64,000 nt of DNA from Botryllus schlosseri (lineage: Eukaryota), in the NCBI GenBank assembly GCA_051294905.1, contig CM119371.1, forward strand, positions 1,676,001 through 1,740,000, given 5' to 3'. This document shows, piece after piece, positions 1 to 12,382 of this stretch (positions are counted from its first letter, which is position 1; every line of letters starts with the position of its first letter). The notes below the pieces were generated by a model. It worked only from the letters and a program-made list of their open reading frames with translations. It searched no databases and had not been told where the DNA came from. The translations under genes were made by a program, and so were the position numbers.

Positions 1-770
1 GGCGTCAATCCATGTAACCTAAAAAAAAACTGCGATGTTCCCTCCCAATCTAATGCTGGCTTGGCGTTTGGACTTTATTTCTCTATCGCTCTCTTCTGAC
101 CCACCTCACTATTCCGTAAAAACATTTCTGTTGTTACCTGACAGTTATTGAAAAAAGCTACTGAATCCGGCGGCAGACTAGTCTCCTTAAGTGCAACAGC
201 ATTTCTATCGTATATTTTTCGGAGGAAAAGGGGAACGGGGAACGGGGAGTTTTACTGTCGTTGTTGTTGCCGTCACGGTAGCTCGAGTTATTGCATTATG
301 ACGTAACCCTATTCTCAGAGAGTTTAACCTTAGGTCACGGGAAGGTGATGCGGCGACCATTCATTGCGTATAAATAATAAATAAAGTGATTGTGGGATGG
401 AGTAACGACAGAATTCAAATGCCCGGTTGATATCCATCCGCGACAGGGTTTGCTGTTGAGATGAGAATTATTAGGATTAGGATTTGGGAAAACAGGATTT
501 GAGAAATTATGGTGGATTAGGATTCTGATTGGATTTACTGATTTTCGGAAGATTGATGTCCTGTGGCGAATGGCGACAAAGTTTTTCGTCCTATCAAGTT
601 ACTTCATGGATTTTGAGCATTTTATCTATTTTTTACAGAATTATAGGCATTAGATATAGGCTTTCTAAGTGGAATGCTAAGTTTGAATCGGATTAGAATT
701 GGGACTAGAATTGTAGTAAACGGAATTTTTGGATCAGAAAGGATTTGATGAGGACATTTGATATCATGCG

Positions 771-1353
771 AAGGGTTGTAACCAAGTCCCACGACTCCGA
801 GTCACAAGTCAATGTCACTTTTATAGTTTTCACTCGAGTCAAGTCGAGTCAGTTTCAATTCACCACCGAGTCAAGTCCGAGTCCAAGTCATCGAGTTGGG
901 GGTCGAGTCCGAATCATGGTATTATGACTCGAGTCCGAGTCCAAGTCATTGTATTGACTGATCAGTTTCCAGTTAACGTCTTGTTAAACCCACTTTTTAT
1001 ATCTCTGTCTGGTGATATCGAATGGTTCGCATTTATAGTATACTGATTTCCTCACTTTTAGCAGTTTTCGGTCGCATTTTCAAGTACCAGTACGAATAGA
1101 CGACAGTGTCGTTACTTTACTATTCTTCGAAATTACAATGAAATGTCGGTCTTGGCCGTCTTAGTCTCGAGTCATATGACTTGGTTCGAGTCATGCGAAA
1201 TGACTCGTGTCCAAGTCGAGTCAATACACAGATTGACTCGAGTCCAGTCATTTCCGTATTTTGGGAAAATGACTCGAGTCAAGTCGAGTCATCAGTAAAT
1301 AGTGACTCAAGTCGGACTCGAGTCGAGTCATGACTCGAGTCATTACAACCCTG
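771..1353. mobile_element. hAT-type MITE, GACTCGAGTC-array family (copy 1), inserted into copia pol
   Basis: Termini (a)AGGGTTGTAA...TTACAACCCTG; subterminal arrays of the palindrome GACTCGAGTC; flanking duplication TCATGCG (764-770 / 1354-1360). Confidence 0.9.
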
Positions 1354-1947
1354 TCATGCGTGTATCAATGCATACGAATGTCGAAATATCCATTTAAATC
1401 AGGGACGAAACATGGATGAGGCGAGGTGGCATAATCGATACCGATTATGGGATACTCTACAAGCGTGAGCCGAATACAATTATGACGTATGCAGATGCTG
1501 ATTTTGGTGGAGATCGAGATGACAGAAAGTCAACGTCTGGATATGTAATAATGAAAAACAATGGTCCTATTGCATGGAGATCGAAAAAACAAACTGTAAC
1601 GGCACAGTCTACTGCTGAAGCCGAATTCATTGCGTTGAATCGCTCGAGAAACTGCATGGTTTCGTCAGTTGCATGACGAAATGGGGAGAAAGATTGATGG
1701 ACCAATCACAATATATGAAGACAATCAAAGTGCTATTGTTATGTCCAAGAATCCTGTCAATCACCAAGCAAACAAGTACATTGCAATAAAATTTGGTTAT
1801 ATCAAAGATGAACTTGATGGTGATAGAATTGAAATTCGTTATGTACCAAGTGATGATCAATTAGCCGATATCTTGACAAAGCCTTTACGTCGACAACCCT
1901 TCTGTTACTTGAGAGATAATATTGGTGTTACTCAAATGCCAGCATGA
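1354..1947 (+). pseudogene. Ty1/copia pol remnant (end of RT plus RNase H), frameshifted
   Basis: YADADFGGDRDDRKSTSGYV...PIAWRSKKQTVTAQSTAEAEFIAL then a frameshift to IYEDNQSAI...HQANKYIAIKF...VPSDDQLADILTKPL, which are canonical copia RNase H motifs. Confidence 0.95.
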
Positions 1948-2064
1948 TGAACAGTTAAAAATGTCCCAAGAGAAGGAGTGTTGAAAATGATAATTTGATA
2001 ATGCTTGAGACTTTGTTAGACTGTCGTAAATAATGTCTGCTATACTACTGTTTGAAGTGTTAGG

Positions 2065-2490
2065 TAGGCTTACCATACGTCCTCTTTTAAGAGGATTTGT
2101 CCTCTTTTTTTACTTTTTTGAAAGTGTCCTCGGAGGACGCCCTTTTGTCCTCTTTTTTGAGATTTTGTCCTCTTTTTTAAAAATTTAGGTCTGAAATGCC
2201 TCAAATTTGCACATAAGTGATGGTCCGGCGGATATTTCGGAGTGAAAAACGGTGAATTTAGCTCTGAGCGAAAAGATGACCTTTTTTTTTTTGTTAGTCA
2301 TCCACCCGGCAATGTGGAGAAAAGAACGGTATTTTGACCTCTGAGCGGAAGTGATGAACTTTTTTTTTTAGTCAACCGATCACAAAGTGGGAGAAATTCA
2401 CCGGTTTTTGAGAATTCTACTCCGGTTTTGCATCTTGCAAATTTCTGAAAAAGTGTCCTCTTTTTACATTTTCAAAATATGGTAAGCCTA
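2065..2490. mobile_element. hAT-type MITE, TAGGCTTACCATA family (copy 1)
   Basis: TIR TAGGCTTACCATA/TATGGTAAGCCTA; perfect 8-bp TSD GTGTTAGG; GTCCTC subterminal repeats. Confidence 0.95.
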
Positions 2491-2521
2491 GTGTTAGGTA
2501 ATATTTATTGTGTTGTGTTGT

Positions 2522-2843
2522 CACCGACGAGATAGCGTAATGGTAAAGCGTCTGGCATCTTGTCGGTAGGTCGTGGGTTCGATCCCCGGCCGGTCAGACC
2601 AAAGACCTGATTGGTAACATGACTTCCCTGCTTGGCGCTCATGCATTACTGGGATAGCATGGAGTGGTGGTACAAGATTTAGAAAGCCGTAAATGGCTAT
2701 ATCTGCACCTTTCTTGTCCTGTGACATATGCACATCATGCACTCATGATATGCATATGCGCAGATCGTTTGTATGTATATCATGAGTCGGTTTATATGCC
2801 CCAAAAAACATCGAGGACAAAAATAAATTACGTCCTTTCCCTT
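2522..2843 (+). mobile_element. tRNA-derived SINE (copy 1)
   Basis: A-box TAGCGTAATGG, B-box GGTTCGATCCCC, non-tRNA body, CTTTCC tail; TSD TGTTGTGTTGT / TGTTGTGTCGT; near-identical to 13604-13943. Confidence 0.9.
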
Positions 2844-3560
2844 TGTTGTGTCGTGATAATGCCGCGTATAATATCTGGCCAGTGTGCTTACCTCGTGGCA
2901 GAAGTTTTTAAGAAAGTTTCGAGACGTCGCCCGCTGTTTTGAACAGGTACGCTGTACAATACTCTGCTGTGTGTTGGACTGGTGTTTGGATAAGAATCTC
3001 AAGCCGCAGGTAGAACGGAGTAGATTCTGAGTTTTTCATCATAAAGCTGAACTTCGACGTCCCTTATTGTCTTTTAATTTGCCAGCATGCGTAACAATAT
3101 ATGATCCCCGCCACTACTGCAAAATAAATTGGACTCACCTAGCAATATACTAAACTACATTCGAACCTAGTATTCATAATCACTATTGGTTATGGTTACT
3201 ATGATGTCACAGCAGGCATGGTGTGTCAAGTGAAACTAAATATATAGCCTACAAGCTCGCGAAAATATATGTTATCCTACATTCATATTTACGTTTGAAA
3301 ATATTTCAGAGCAGCGTTATTAGTTAATAAGAAATGACAATTTGAATTACCCCCCGAAAATTGGTAAATTACCCCTTTTGGGGGTAATTACCCCCAGGTT
3401 AAGAACCACTGACCTAGGGAGTGATGTTGACCCGTTGGTAGTTGGTACTGGCTTGTCGCTGGCAAGGCTGCTGCTGGGATAGGTTCAGGCTGATAAGTAG
3501 GCCTATGTGTGCGTGGAGTGTCGTTACAGTTTGCTGTGCAGTGCATGTATTGGATATAGG

Positions 3561-4144
3561 CAGGGTTGTAATGACTCGAGTCATGACTCGACTCGAGTCA
3601 GACTCGAGTCACGATTTTCGGATGACTCGACTCGACTCGAGTCATTTTCTCAAAATACGGAAATGACTCGACTCGACTCGAGTCAATCTGTGTATTGACT
3701 CGACTTGGACTCGAGTCATGGCTCATGACTCGAACCAAGTCATTGACTCGAGATTCAGACGGCGAAGACCGACATTTCATTGTAATTTCGAAGCCAACAC
3801 ACTATTGGGATTTCGTTTGTTGGTACTGGTGCTTGAAAATGCGACCAGAAACTGCTAAAAGTGAGCCATATTGACATATTATAAATGCGAACCATTCAAT
3901 ATCACTAAACAGAGTTTAAAAAGTGGGTTTAGGAAGATTTTAACTGGAAACTGCGCAGTCAACACAATGACTTGGAGTCGGACTCGAGTCATAATACCAT
4001 GACTCGGACTCGATCCTCTGTTCGCTGACTTGGACTCGGACTTGACTCGGTGGGAATTGAAAATGACTCGACTTGACTCGAGTCAAAAATATAAAAGTGA
4101 GATTGACTTGTGACTCGGAGCCTTGTGACTTGGTTACAACCCTG
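3561..4144. mobile_element. hAT-type MITE, GACTCGAGTC-array family (copy 2, opposite orientation)
   Basis: CAGGGTTGTAA...TTACAACCCTG; perfect 8-bp TSD GATATAGG. Confidence 0.95.
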
Positions 4145-4397
4145 GATATAGGGGTTGTAGATCGTATGGGTTCCGTTATATGTGTCCGTGAGCAATGAGC
4201 ATCGCTATTATGAGTTTCTTGTGTAATATCAATATAATATTATAACCGCATACACTTGTGGTGTTGTCAGTGTCAGTCTCCACCGTGTATTGTGTAAGTG
4301 TCGTTTGAGCAGGCGGCAATCGCAAAGAGACGAGGTCCCGAGCCCAGTAACACATCCGCGTTCCTGTTATTTCTAGTGGTATACGCCGTTCGCCATA

Positions 4398-4537
4398 TCA
4401 TCCGCGTAAGCGGTGCCTTACAAAAGCCTAGAAGTGTATCGCGCTACAAATCGGCAATTAGGGAATTAAAATTAATGAATATTGGCCTGGTGCAAGTGAT
4501 CATTGTAGTCGTCAAGCACCATTAATACTACAAACAA
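4398..4537 (+). repeat. 3' segment of a retroposon with a CAAA-type tail (copy 1)
   Basis: CATCCGCGTAAGCGGTG(C/T)CTTACAAAAGCC...GTAGTCG; also present at about 18073-18205 and 57809-57960. Confidence 0.7.
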
Positions 4538-5009
4538 CATCCCAAAAAACAGCTCTTTGTTTTGAAAAATGTTGTTGAAACTTGACATATTGTCTTCAAA
4601 AGTAGTGATGAATATAAGTTGAGTTGACTTGACAAGGTGTGACGAGTCAAAAAGTATGGGGACCATCGGTCTACCATCTCCCAAACTTACGCATTTCCAT
4701 GTACAAATGCAGTGTACTCTTGAGACTGCGATTTCACCACCATACAGTAAAAAACTGAAAAAGCAATGAAAAATTGTGCTTGAAACCAGCTTTCATATTA
4801 TACACTACTCGCTTGAATATTTTTATAGGATTTTGAACAATTTGCATTCTAAATTGTGCTACGCTTGACCGCTTCCAGACCATCGATCAAATTTCGCCTC
4901 AATTTAACCTGTTACTATAGATAACTAAGGTAAACCGGTTTATACCGGTATATACTGTAATACTACACCGCATGGAATTTAATACCACATTGGAATATAG
5001 ACCTAATAG

Positions 5010-5235
5010 TAGGGATGGTGTGAACCTCTGATATGTTCAGGTTCGTGTGAACGCGAACATTTTTGAAAGGTTCTGTATGAACGCGAACTTGAACCTCATG
5101 ACGTCACGTGACGTCACATTGCTGATTCCAGCCCAACATTTCAGTGAAGTGCTGGCCTATATTAATGTACACGATACCTTGCGACGACTCGGGCCACAAA
5201 ATGCCACAATGCTGAAGTACATATTGACGTCTTAA
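5010..5235 (+). repeat. Interspersed repeat fragment (paralogue at about 13060-13190)
   Basis: Shared ATGACGTCACGTGA(C/T)GTCA...CACGATACC...GACGACTC.GGCCA...ATGCCACAATGCT. Confidence 0.7.
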
Positions 5236-6229
5236 ACGTCACCAAATGGGGCAATACTGGGGCAATCAAATCATATAATAATCCCATATAATCACTATCT
5301 TCCGTCGCTTTGGCAACAATTTCGACGAGGACTTGCAATGGAATATAAGCTTACGCCTAAACGGTGTAGGCCAAACTGGACAATGTATTAGGCGACAGAG
5401 TATTGCTACGTTGTTATTGAGCAGAGTGTAAAACTGGTTTCCTTCTGTACTTGCTACCAATATTACCCCATTACCAAGTTATACAGCTGTAGCCAACAAT
5501 CCAATCGCACGGATTCGGTTTTTATGATGCAATAAACAAATGAAGTCATGATTAACCCAGTACACCTGCTAGAATTTTTACATCAGACAACAATATCAAT
5601 TTCATTGATTGTTTGATTAAGCAACATTCGCTGAGTACATGTCGTGTATTTTTCTCTTGATGTTGTGTGATGGCGGGTCAAGCTCACAGCGGAGAGTCAC
5701 TAACGGAAAGCTGGACATTTCGAGAAAATTTTTGTAACAAAAAATACAACAAACATTTTTCAGATTGTCAAGGCTCGTTTAGTGTGGATTATTTTATGCT
5801 GCCAGCGCCTGGCCCGCAATTGAAATGCAATAAATTTAAACCAAAGATGTTATAATGAAGTGAAAATTCAATATTGTAGTATATGAAAAAGGTTCACAGT
5901 GCAGAACCTACCAAGGTTCAATTTTTCTATGCTGATTACGAATATGAAGTCGCTTTTTTCTCACCTCACGATTGTTTATCATCTGTGATTTAAAATTTTG
6001 CATTTCATTGCTAAAAACAGACTGTTCTGTGACATATTCCATGCTATTGGGTCATAGTTATATTGATTGTGACGTCATCGGAATATGTCAAAGTATTTAG
6101 GTACTCGAATATAAGTAGAAGTAAAAGTAACTTTTTATAAGTATGTGAAAAAGCAAGTATTCTAGGTCTAGTTTTTGATATCAGTATCAATTTATTAATA
6201 TCTTCTTCCTTTTAAAGCATCACAAGACT

Positions 6230-6790
6230 TTGATACAATGAAAATATAAAAAGGCGCCGAAATTACTTGGAGTAGTCTCTCCTACGCGATGTAAAGAAGA
6301 AGTTTGCACGGCACTCTGAATTAAAATAAACGACATTGAGGCTGTGAAGCATTTGAAAACAAACAAAAAAAACTTTAGAATTTCGTGTGCCAATGGTTTT
6401 AATAGAAACACAAAGACATGGAAAGATTGTTGCATTTGATCATGTGTTTTGGGGGGATTCAATGTCAGCAATGATCATAAAATTATATATCCAATTTGAC
6501 TTGCGCAATTCGACCGACTCCTCATGAGCCAGATGTCACAATTCCATTGCCTTCAAAATTTTTACCAATAGTTGAAGAAGATTCTCTCGGTGAGAGCCAT
6601 TGTCTGACGTATGTTCTCGGCCTGAGTGTGATGGTGATCAGCAGCTATATAGAGTTAAACCAGGCTGAGCTAAATATATTTGTCATAAATTTGAATTTTA
6701 CCAAAGGAATTTGGTCTTATTGTAGGTTTCAGATTAAAAGCCAGACGTATTCTCGGCACTAATACCTCGCCTCCGAACCCTCTTTTGTCT
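6230..6790 (+). pseudogene. Decayed DNA-transposon transposase N-terminus, Sola2-like
   Basis: Across frameshifts: FRVPMVL..HG/KDCC..SCVLGGFNVSNDHKIIYP/LTCAIRPTPHEPDVTIPLP...NQAELN...LNF.K.../FRLKARRIL, resembling the PMVWREP..H..DCYFC...YPNLPSAIRPVPH...QxELNDL.RDL motifs recalled for Sola2-type transposases. Confidence 0.7.
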
Positions 6791-8718
6791 ATTGTGTCGT
6801 TGTTCAAGGTCTTATAGAGACATTGGGAACTGTGAATTGCGATTCTTATTCAGGCATCAAGCATCAAAGCTAATTTGTCACACAATACAAATCATTGTGC
6901 GTCTATCTCCGTATCTGGTACAACTGAAATCAAGGGGTCCTACGAGCAGGGCATGGTATGGTATGGAAGTATGGTATGGTATGGATCGATATTTTGGTAT
7001 GGAATATGGAACAATGCAAGTATGTTATGGAATGGAAGATTTTAATCTATGGTATGGAACGACATTTCCTTACTTCCATACTTTGGTATTTTATACATTT
7101 TATTGTGATCAGTGCAAGCTTCATGAAGCGTAAGTTGTTCGCTGTTCATGGAATACGATCGCTTTTATTATGTGTGAACGTGAACTACAGTATTGAACAC
7201 TGTGTAGGAACAGATACACGCTTGTGCAACGGATTTACAAGAGCACTTGGAATGACATGATTTTGTGATGTAATAACGACAGCAGTAATGTTGATCCGAT
7301 TTTCTACAACTCTAGACACGACGTCTCCGACGTCTATCATGTTACGCAATAATTGGAAAATTAGGCAACTCCAACTACCTCATTCTTTAAGTGACGACAG
7401 CTTACAAACAATCATGATGCAACGTACTAATTGCTCAATGTGATTGATAATTACATTTCCTCTGCAACATTGTCCGCATGTCCGCACATTTACACTATTT
7501 ACATACCGAGATATCTTATTGGTCATATTTCAAACGCTCTCGCATTAGGATTATAGATCAGGGAGTGGGGTAGATATAGTTTGAAATTGTCCGTCACGCT
7601 AACCCCAACCAAATAGTGTACTAATAATCACACAGATCGTTGCAATATTGATCGCCTGCAGCTGGGATATTTTATGGGTTCGTTTAAATCAGTGGTTTCC
7701 AACGTGGGCGATAACGCCCCCCATGGGGGCGATTTGGCGGTCTAAGGAGGCGAAAATAACGAAGGGGGCGAAAACGGACGAAGGGGCGACAAGGGGCGAC
7801 AACAACGAAGGGGGCGATGGCGCGTTAAAACGACTTTATTGGAGTCGGGACCGTAACTACCGCATCCCAAACCCCCCAATTGGGGATGGGGGCCCGAAAC
7901 CGAAGGAAGCCCAGAATTATTTCGTGAATTAACATGAATGATAGAGTAATTTTTTTTAAATTCAAGCGACTTTTTCAAAAAATTTTCGCGATTTCATATT
8001 TTAATGAATCTTGATGTTGGGGTCCCCGTCACCCAACAAAAATACGCATGATTTATGGAAATGGGAGACTTCGGCGTCGGCCATTACTGTGCCACGACAC
8101 CCAATACATATGTAGTTAGAGGCCATGTAACATGCGACTCCTAGGTGGCGGAACGATCAGCAGCGAGAGTACCTTGGCCGAAAAGGAATGCCCTTGTGCT
8201 GACCGAAAACTTCGATATATATAAATATATGTTTAAGTGTCCATAGGCTGGCGTCGAATGTTCCTGTCCTGGCGATTTTTTGACGATTTCCATATCTTCT
8301 GACATAGCAGATATTGGAGGTCACGAAATAGCATCATATAAAGAAGTCAATATAACAACGATTCCGCCAGAAGATGTTTTAACAGGGTTGTAATGACTCG
8401 AGTCAGACTCGAGTCACGATTTTTTTGTGACTCAACTTGACTCGAGTCATTTTCTTGAAATGGGAAAATGACTCGACTCGACTCGAGTCAATATTTGGAT
8501 TGACTCGACTTGGACTCGAGTCATTACGCATGACTCGACCCAAGTCATTGACTCGGCTTATTTTATATGACTTGAAGATGAAGAAATTTGCTAATCGTAA
8601 TGGCTAGATCAACGCATCTGACGAATTCTGCCGACACCGCTATTTGTCGCCACTGCTTTCGTTGCATTCGTCTGATATCAGATATGCCACCGTAAAAACA
8701 GCAGACAATGGTACATAT

Positions 8719-9224
8719 CAGTGATGAGCATCAGAGCGGAGTCGGAGTGGATTAGGAGCGGAGTTTTGCCGATTTTGTGACAGTCGGAGCGGAGTCGGAG
8801 TCTACTACAGATATTTTTTCGGAGAATGTCGGAGTATTGTAACTTTTGTCTCCGATATCTTTGGATAGCTCTGACCAGAATACACTATTGATTATGATTA
8901 CAAACCAAAACGCAGACAGTTGACACCTTGTAAAGTTGTAATATGACGGGTAACACGCAAAAATGATTACCAAGTGCATAAAAATTAGACATCTGCACTG
9001 CAATTGGGGGCTGGAGGGTAAACAATACTATGAGTCAACCACATTATCACATGTACCACGTGTACCATGTACCATGTTTGCCACTGTTTCGGATACTTGA
9101 CGAGATTCATCGGAGTATGTCGGAGTCTGGGATTGAGCTCTTCGGAGTCGGAGGGAGTTTTCCTCAGACCCTAAAGTTGTCGGAGGGATTCGGAGTCTCG
9201 AAAAGCACTATCCGCTCATCACTG
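8719..9224. mobile_element. hAT-type MITE with TCGGAG repeats (innermost nested element)
   Basis: TIR CAGTGATGAGC/GCTCATCACTG; perfect TSD GTACATAT. Confidence 0.92.
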
Positions 9225-9355
9225 GTACATATAGTCGCAATGCATTTCACAAAATCATCCAGTGATGAAGAGGTAATAGATCCACCGCAATCAAAGTACT
9301 CAATACTTTTCAATTATACAAACAATCGAAGCAAAGTTCAAGTAGGGCCTATGAA

Positions 9356-9560
9356 ATGACTCAGATGGTCAAGTACTTGGAAGAGACTGATAAGCTCACG
9401 TGTAGCTTTGAAGGTGTTAATTCTTTGCATTATTGGGCGACCAGAAATAATAAGTATCCAATGCTCTTCAATGTGGTTCAAAAATGCTTGTCAATTCCTG
9501 TATCTAGTGCACCAGTGGAACGTGTTTCAGTAGATGTGGCTTTATTCTAAGGCCATGCCG
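9356..9560 (+). pseudogene. hAT transposase C-terminal dimerisation domain remnant
   Basis: YL...NSLHYWATRNNKYPMLFNVVQKCLSIPVSSAPVERV(FS), a typical Dimer_Tnp_hAT signature. Confidence 0.9.
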
Positions 9561-10937
9561 CTATAACGTATATGAGGATCTCCTTTCCACTTCAGTATTT
9601 TCTAATTGTAACTCATCATTGATTTGATCTGCTGTCAGTGAAAGCACACAATACACTCCATCCATTTGACGTTGTGTGATGTTTGTACAATAGGGTTGTT
9701 CAAAAATAACTTATTTATTTTACTGGGTGGCTACTTGGTAAAATTGTTATGTTCCAGAAAAAGAACACTGAATCTGGCTTAATTTTAAAAAGAAGAATCA
9801 ATGATATGAGAGGAGAAAATTTTATATTTGAAAATAAAGGGAGTGTTTTTGTTGAGAAATTATTTCATATAATATAATTACATGCTAGTAGTAAGCCGAC
9901 TATTTTTTCACATCCAAAATATTCCACTCTAATAAATTCGCTTTTTCTAGTTGGAATTGAGCCAAATTTGCTATGAATCATATTTCCACACAATATAACA
10001 ATATCATGTGGTGGCCGGTAAAATTCGAAAATCTCTATTTGTAGTTAATCCAAAATTTCCTCTCATATTAGTAACGCTCCAGCGGCTATTTCGGGAGCTG
10101 AGCAGGAAAGCAGACCTTTTTTAGTCAACCACCTGATAATGTGAAAGAAAAACGGTACGTCTACATAAACATGCATCTGCTGATTCTCTATCACCTGGTA
10201 TCTAGACGTGAATTCATTGGTTCTATATCAGATAGCATGTAGAATGAATTCGTTGATTCTCTATAAGCTATAAGCAAATTCAGGATTGAAAACACGAGTT
10301 GAACATGACTTCAATACTGTGACTTGGACTCGACTCGAGTCATAACACTATGACTCGGACTTGAGCCTTTAAACGGTGACTTGGACTCGGACTCGACTCG
10401 GTGATGAATTGAAAATGACTCGACTTGACTCGAGTCAAAACCACAAAAGTAAGATTTACTCGTGACTCGGAGCAATGTGACTTGGTTACAACCCTGGATG
10501 TTTAATTGTTATTTAGGGGTCAGGCCTTTTCCAACATACCACATCGACCATATTGACCGATACAAACATGAATTATATAAATTTGTCGCGCTTCGCGCGT
10601 TTAGGCGAAATATGGTGACTCACCTAACAGTACATGAAATAGGGTATAGCTGATATGTAGCGACAAAAAGCCCACTGGCTGAGGGGGGTCTGGGGTTCGG
10701 TTTATCACCCTATATGGCCAAATACCAACGTTTTTTTTATTCGAGGGGGGCTGTCGAAGTGCTGTTTTTCGGTTCCCAATACTTGGGGGGGGGCGATGAT
10801 CGGTGTGGAGCTTCAATAGGGGGCGATGAGTCGAAAAAGGTTGGGAACCACTGGTCTAAATGATTTTGCGAATATTTACTACAAACTTACATGTGCCGCA
10901 TGCTAATATACCAGAATGCGATGATATTCTTATGGAG

Positions 10938-11524
10938 CATGGGCGGGCAACTTCTCCAGTCGGCGGGCCGGATATAGGAAAATTAAGTACTAGGCGGGCC
11001 GGATTACCGAATCGATACATTATTCGCCCATATACAAGGAATAAATCGTACTTAATGAATGTATTTTAACGACAGCAATGTCACTTCAGAGCCATTTCTC
11101 GCCGATAATGACGAATAATATGTGGATTTGAGAAAAATATTGTCATAGGCGCCGCCATGTCGGCTTCTCTCTGATCAGTCAACTCACTAACCTTAAGATT
11201 TCAAAGCGTTTGATAAGCCCGTTTCCCAAAATTTACCAAGATATCAATTCATTAGGGTTGAGTACATCGTCAATGGTGATAGTGCAAGTCTTGTCGCTTC
11301 GATGAACTGGTAAGCTCCACTGTTGCACGCTGCGCAGTGCGCGCAGGTTTATAATAACATACAGTCACTAAAATTTGACGTTTAGGCAAGTATAGTGGAG
11401 AATCTCGGCAGACTGGGGCCGCTGGCCATATTATAATTGTAAGACGGGAAACTGTCTGTTGGCCGGACAAAATCTTGTAGCGGGCCGCATCAAGAAGCCC
11501 GTAGGCCGTATGTTGCCCGTCCAT
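10938..11524. mobile_element. hAT-type MITE, GCGGGCC family (copy 1)
   Basis: CATGGGCGGGCAAC...GTTGCCCGTCCAT; colinear with 17598-18497. Confidence 0.85.
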
Positions 11525-12022
11525 TTCGTGGACGGTCCTAGGTAACAATCTGCTAACTATCTCATTTTTCTCGCGGAAGCTGTAGAGTAGACGTACACGG
11601 CACCTCACCACCGTGTACTAAACCTCACCAAAATAGACTCTGTAAAACTAATACCAGGAATTAGATTCGCATCATGGCTAGTTTAAACAATAATGACATC
11701 CGAAATATCAATAATACAGGTGCTAGAAAAGGTACTATACTTACGATATGGAAGTATTTGAAAGTATGGAATATGTATGAAGTATGGTATGGAACAATTA
11801 ATGTTGGTATGGTATGGAAAATCGCAAGTATGGTATGGAGAGAGTAAGGCAAGTATGGAGTATGGAAAATCCTCGTTCCATACCATACCATACCATGCCC
11901 TGCCTACGAGAATATAAAATGTTTGATTTAAAATTTGGAAAATATTATTCAAACTACTCAAACGTGTGAAGTTTCCATAGATTTTGAACATATAAATATG
12001 CTACTGGTTCAACTGTCTAAAA

Positions 12023-12382
12023 CAGTGGTTCCTAACCTTGTTCGACCCATCGCCCCCTTTTCAAGCTCAACACCGATCATCGCCCCCCAAATTTTGTGTA
12101 CCGAAAATTGGGCATGGGCATACAAACTGTAATCACCGGCGGGTTTACTAAAAAAAAGTCATCTTATCGGGTCGATGTCTAATTTGACACTTTTGTAACT
12201 ACATTTCCGTGGGTTGACAAAAAAAGGTCAGCCGTTTTAACGCGTCATCGCCCCCCTATCGTCCCCTTCGCTATTTTCGCCCCCCCCCCGTCGCCCCCTT
12301 TGTCCATTTTCGCCCCCTATCGCCCCCCGAGACCGCCAAATCGCCCCCTGGGGGGCGATATCGCCCACGTTGGGAACCACTG
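12023..12382. mobile_element. hAT-type MITE (TCGCCCC repeats)
   Basis: CAGTGGTTCCTAAC...GTTGGGAACCACTG; TSD GTCTAAAA/ATCTAAAA. Confidence 0.9.

Larger units (their letters stand above)
1979..3041 (+). mobile_element. Putative copia 3' LTR interrupted by a MITE and a SINE
   Basis: Polypurine tract AAGAGAAGGAG (1968-1978) directly before TGTTGAAAA; imperfect inverted end TTTTCATCA at 3033-3041. Confidence 0.6.
8383..10496. mobile_element. Long GACTCGAGTC-family element carrying a hAT transposase remnant
   Basis: CAGGGTTGTAA...TTACAACCCTG termini; flanks GATGTTTTAA / GATGTTTAA. Confidence 0.85.
7690..10853. mobile_element. hAT (Buster-like) element with GGGGCGA repeats, nested in 6947-11902
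   Basis: CAGTGGTTTCCAAC...GTTGGGAACCACTG; TSD GTTTAAAT/GTCTAAAT; short sibling at 12023-12382. Confidence 0.88.
6947..11902. mobile_element. hAT-type element with (GGTAT)n subterminal arrays; outer shell of a nested stack
   Basis: TIR CAGGGCATGGTATGGTATGG / CCATACCATACCATGCCCTG; perfect TSD CCTACGAG (6939-6946 / 11903-11910). Confidence 0.92.

Noticed and set aside
2522..2595. tRNA gene (also 13604 and 58424)
   Set aside because: A/B boxes are present, but there is no clean acceptor stem or T-run terminator; each continues into a shared body with a simple-repeat tail (and a TSD at 2522), so these are SINEs
745..4195. Short ORFs rich in TRV/ESS/DSS (745-927, 3442-3780, 3989-4195)
   Set aside because: Translations of palindromic MITE arrays, not genes
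6950..7060. (GGTAT)n as telomeric or satellite repeat; ORFs 6792-7260 and 11661-11991
   Set aside because: They are subterminal arrays of a TIR element with an 8-bp TSD
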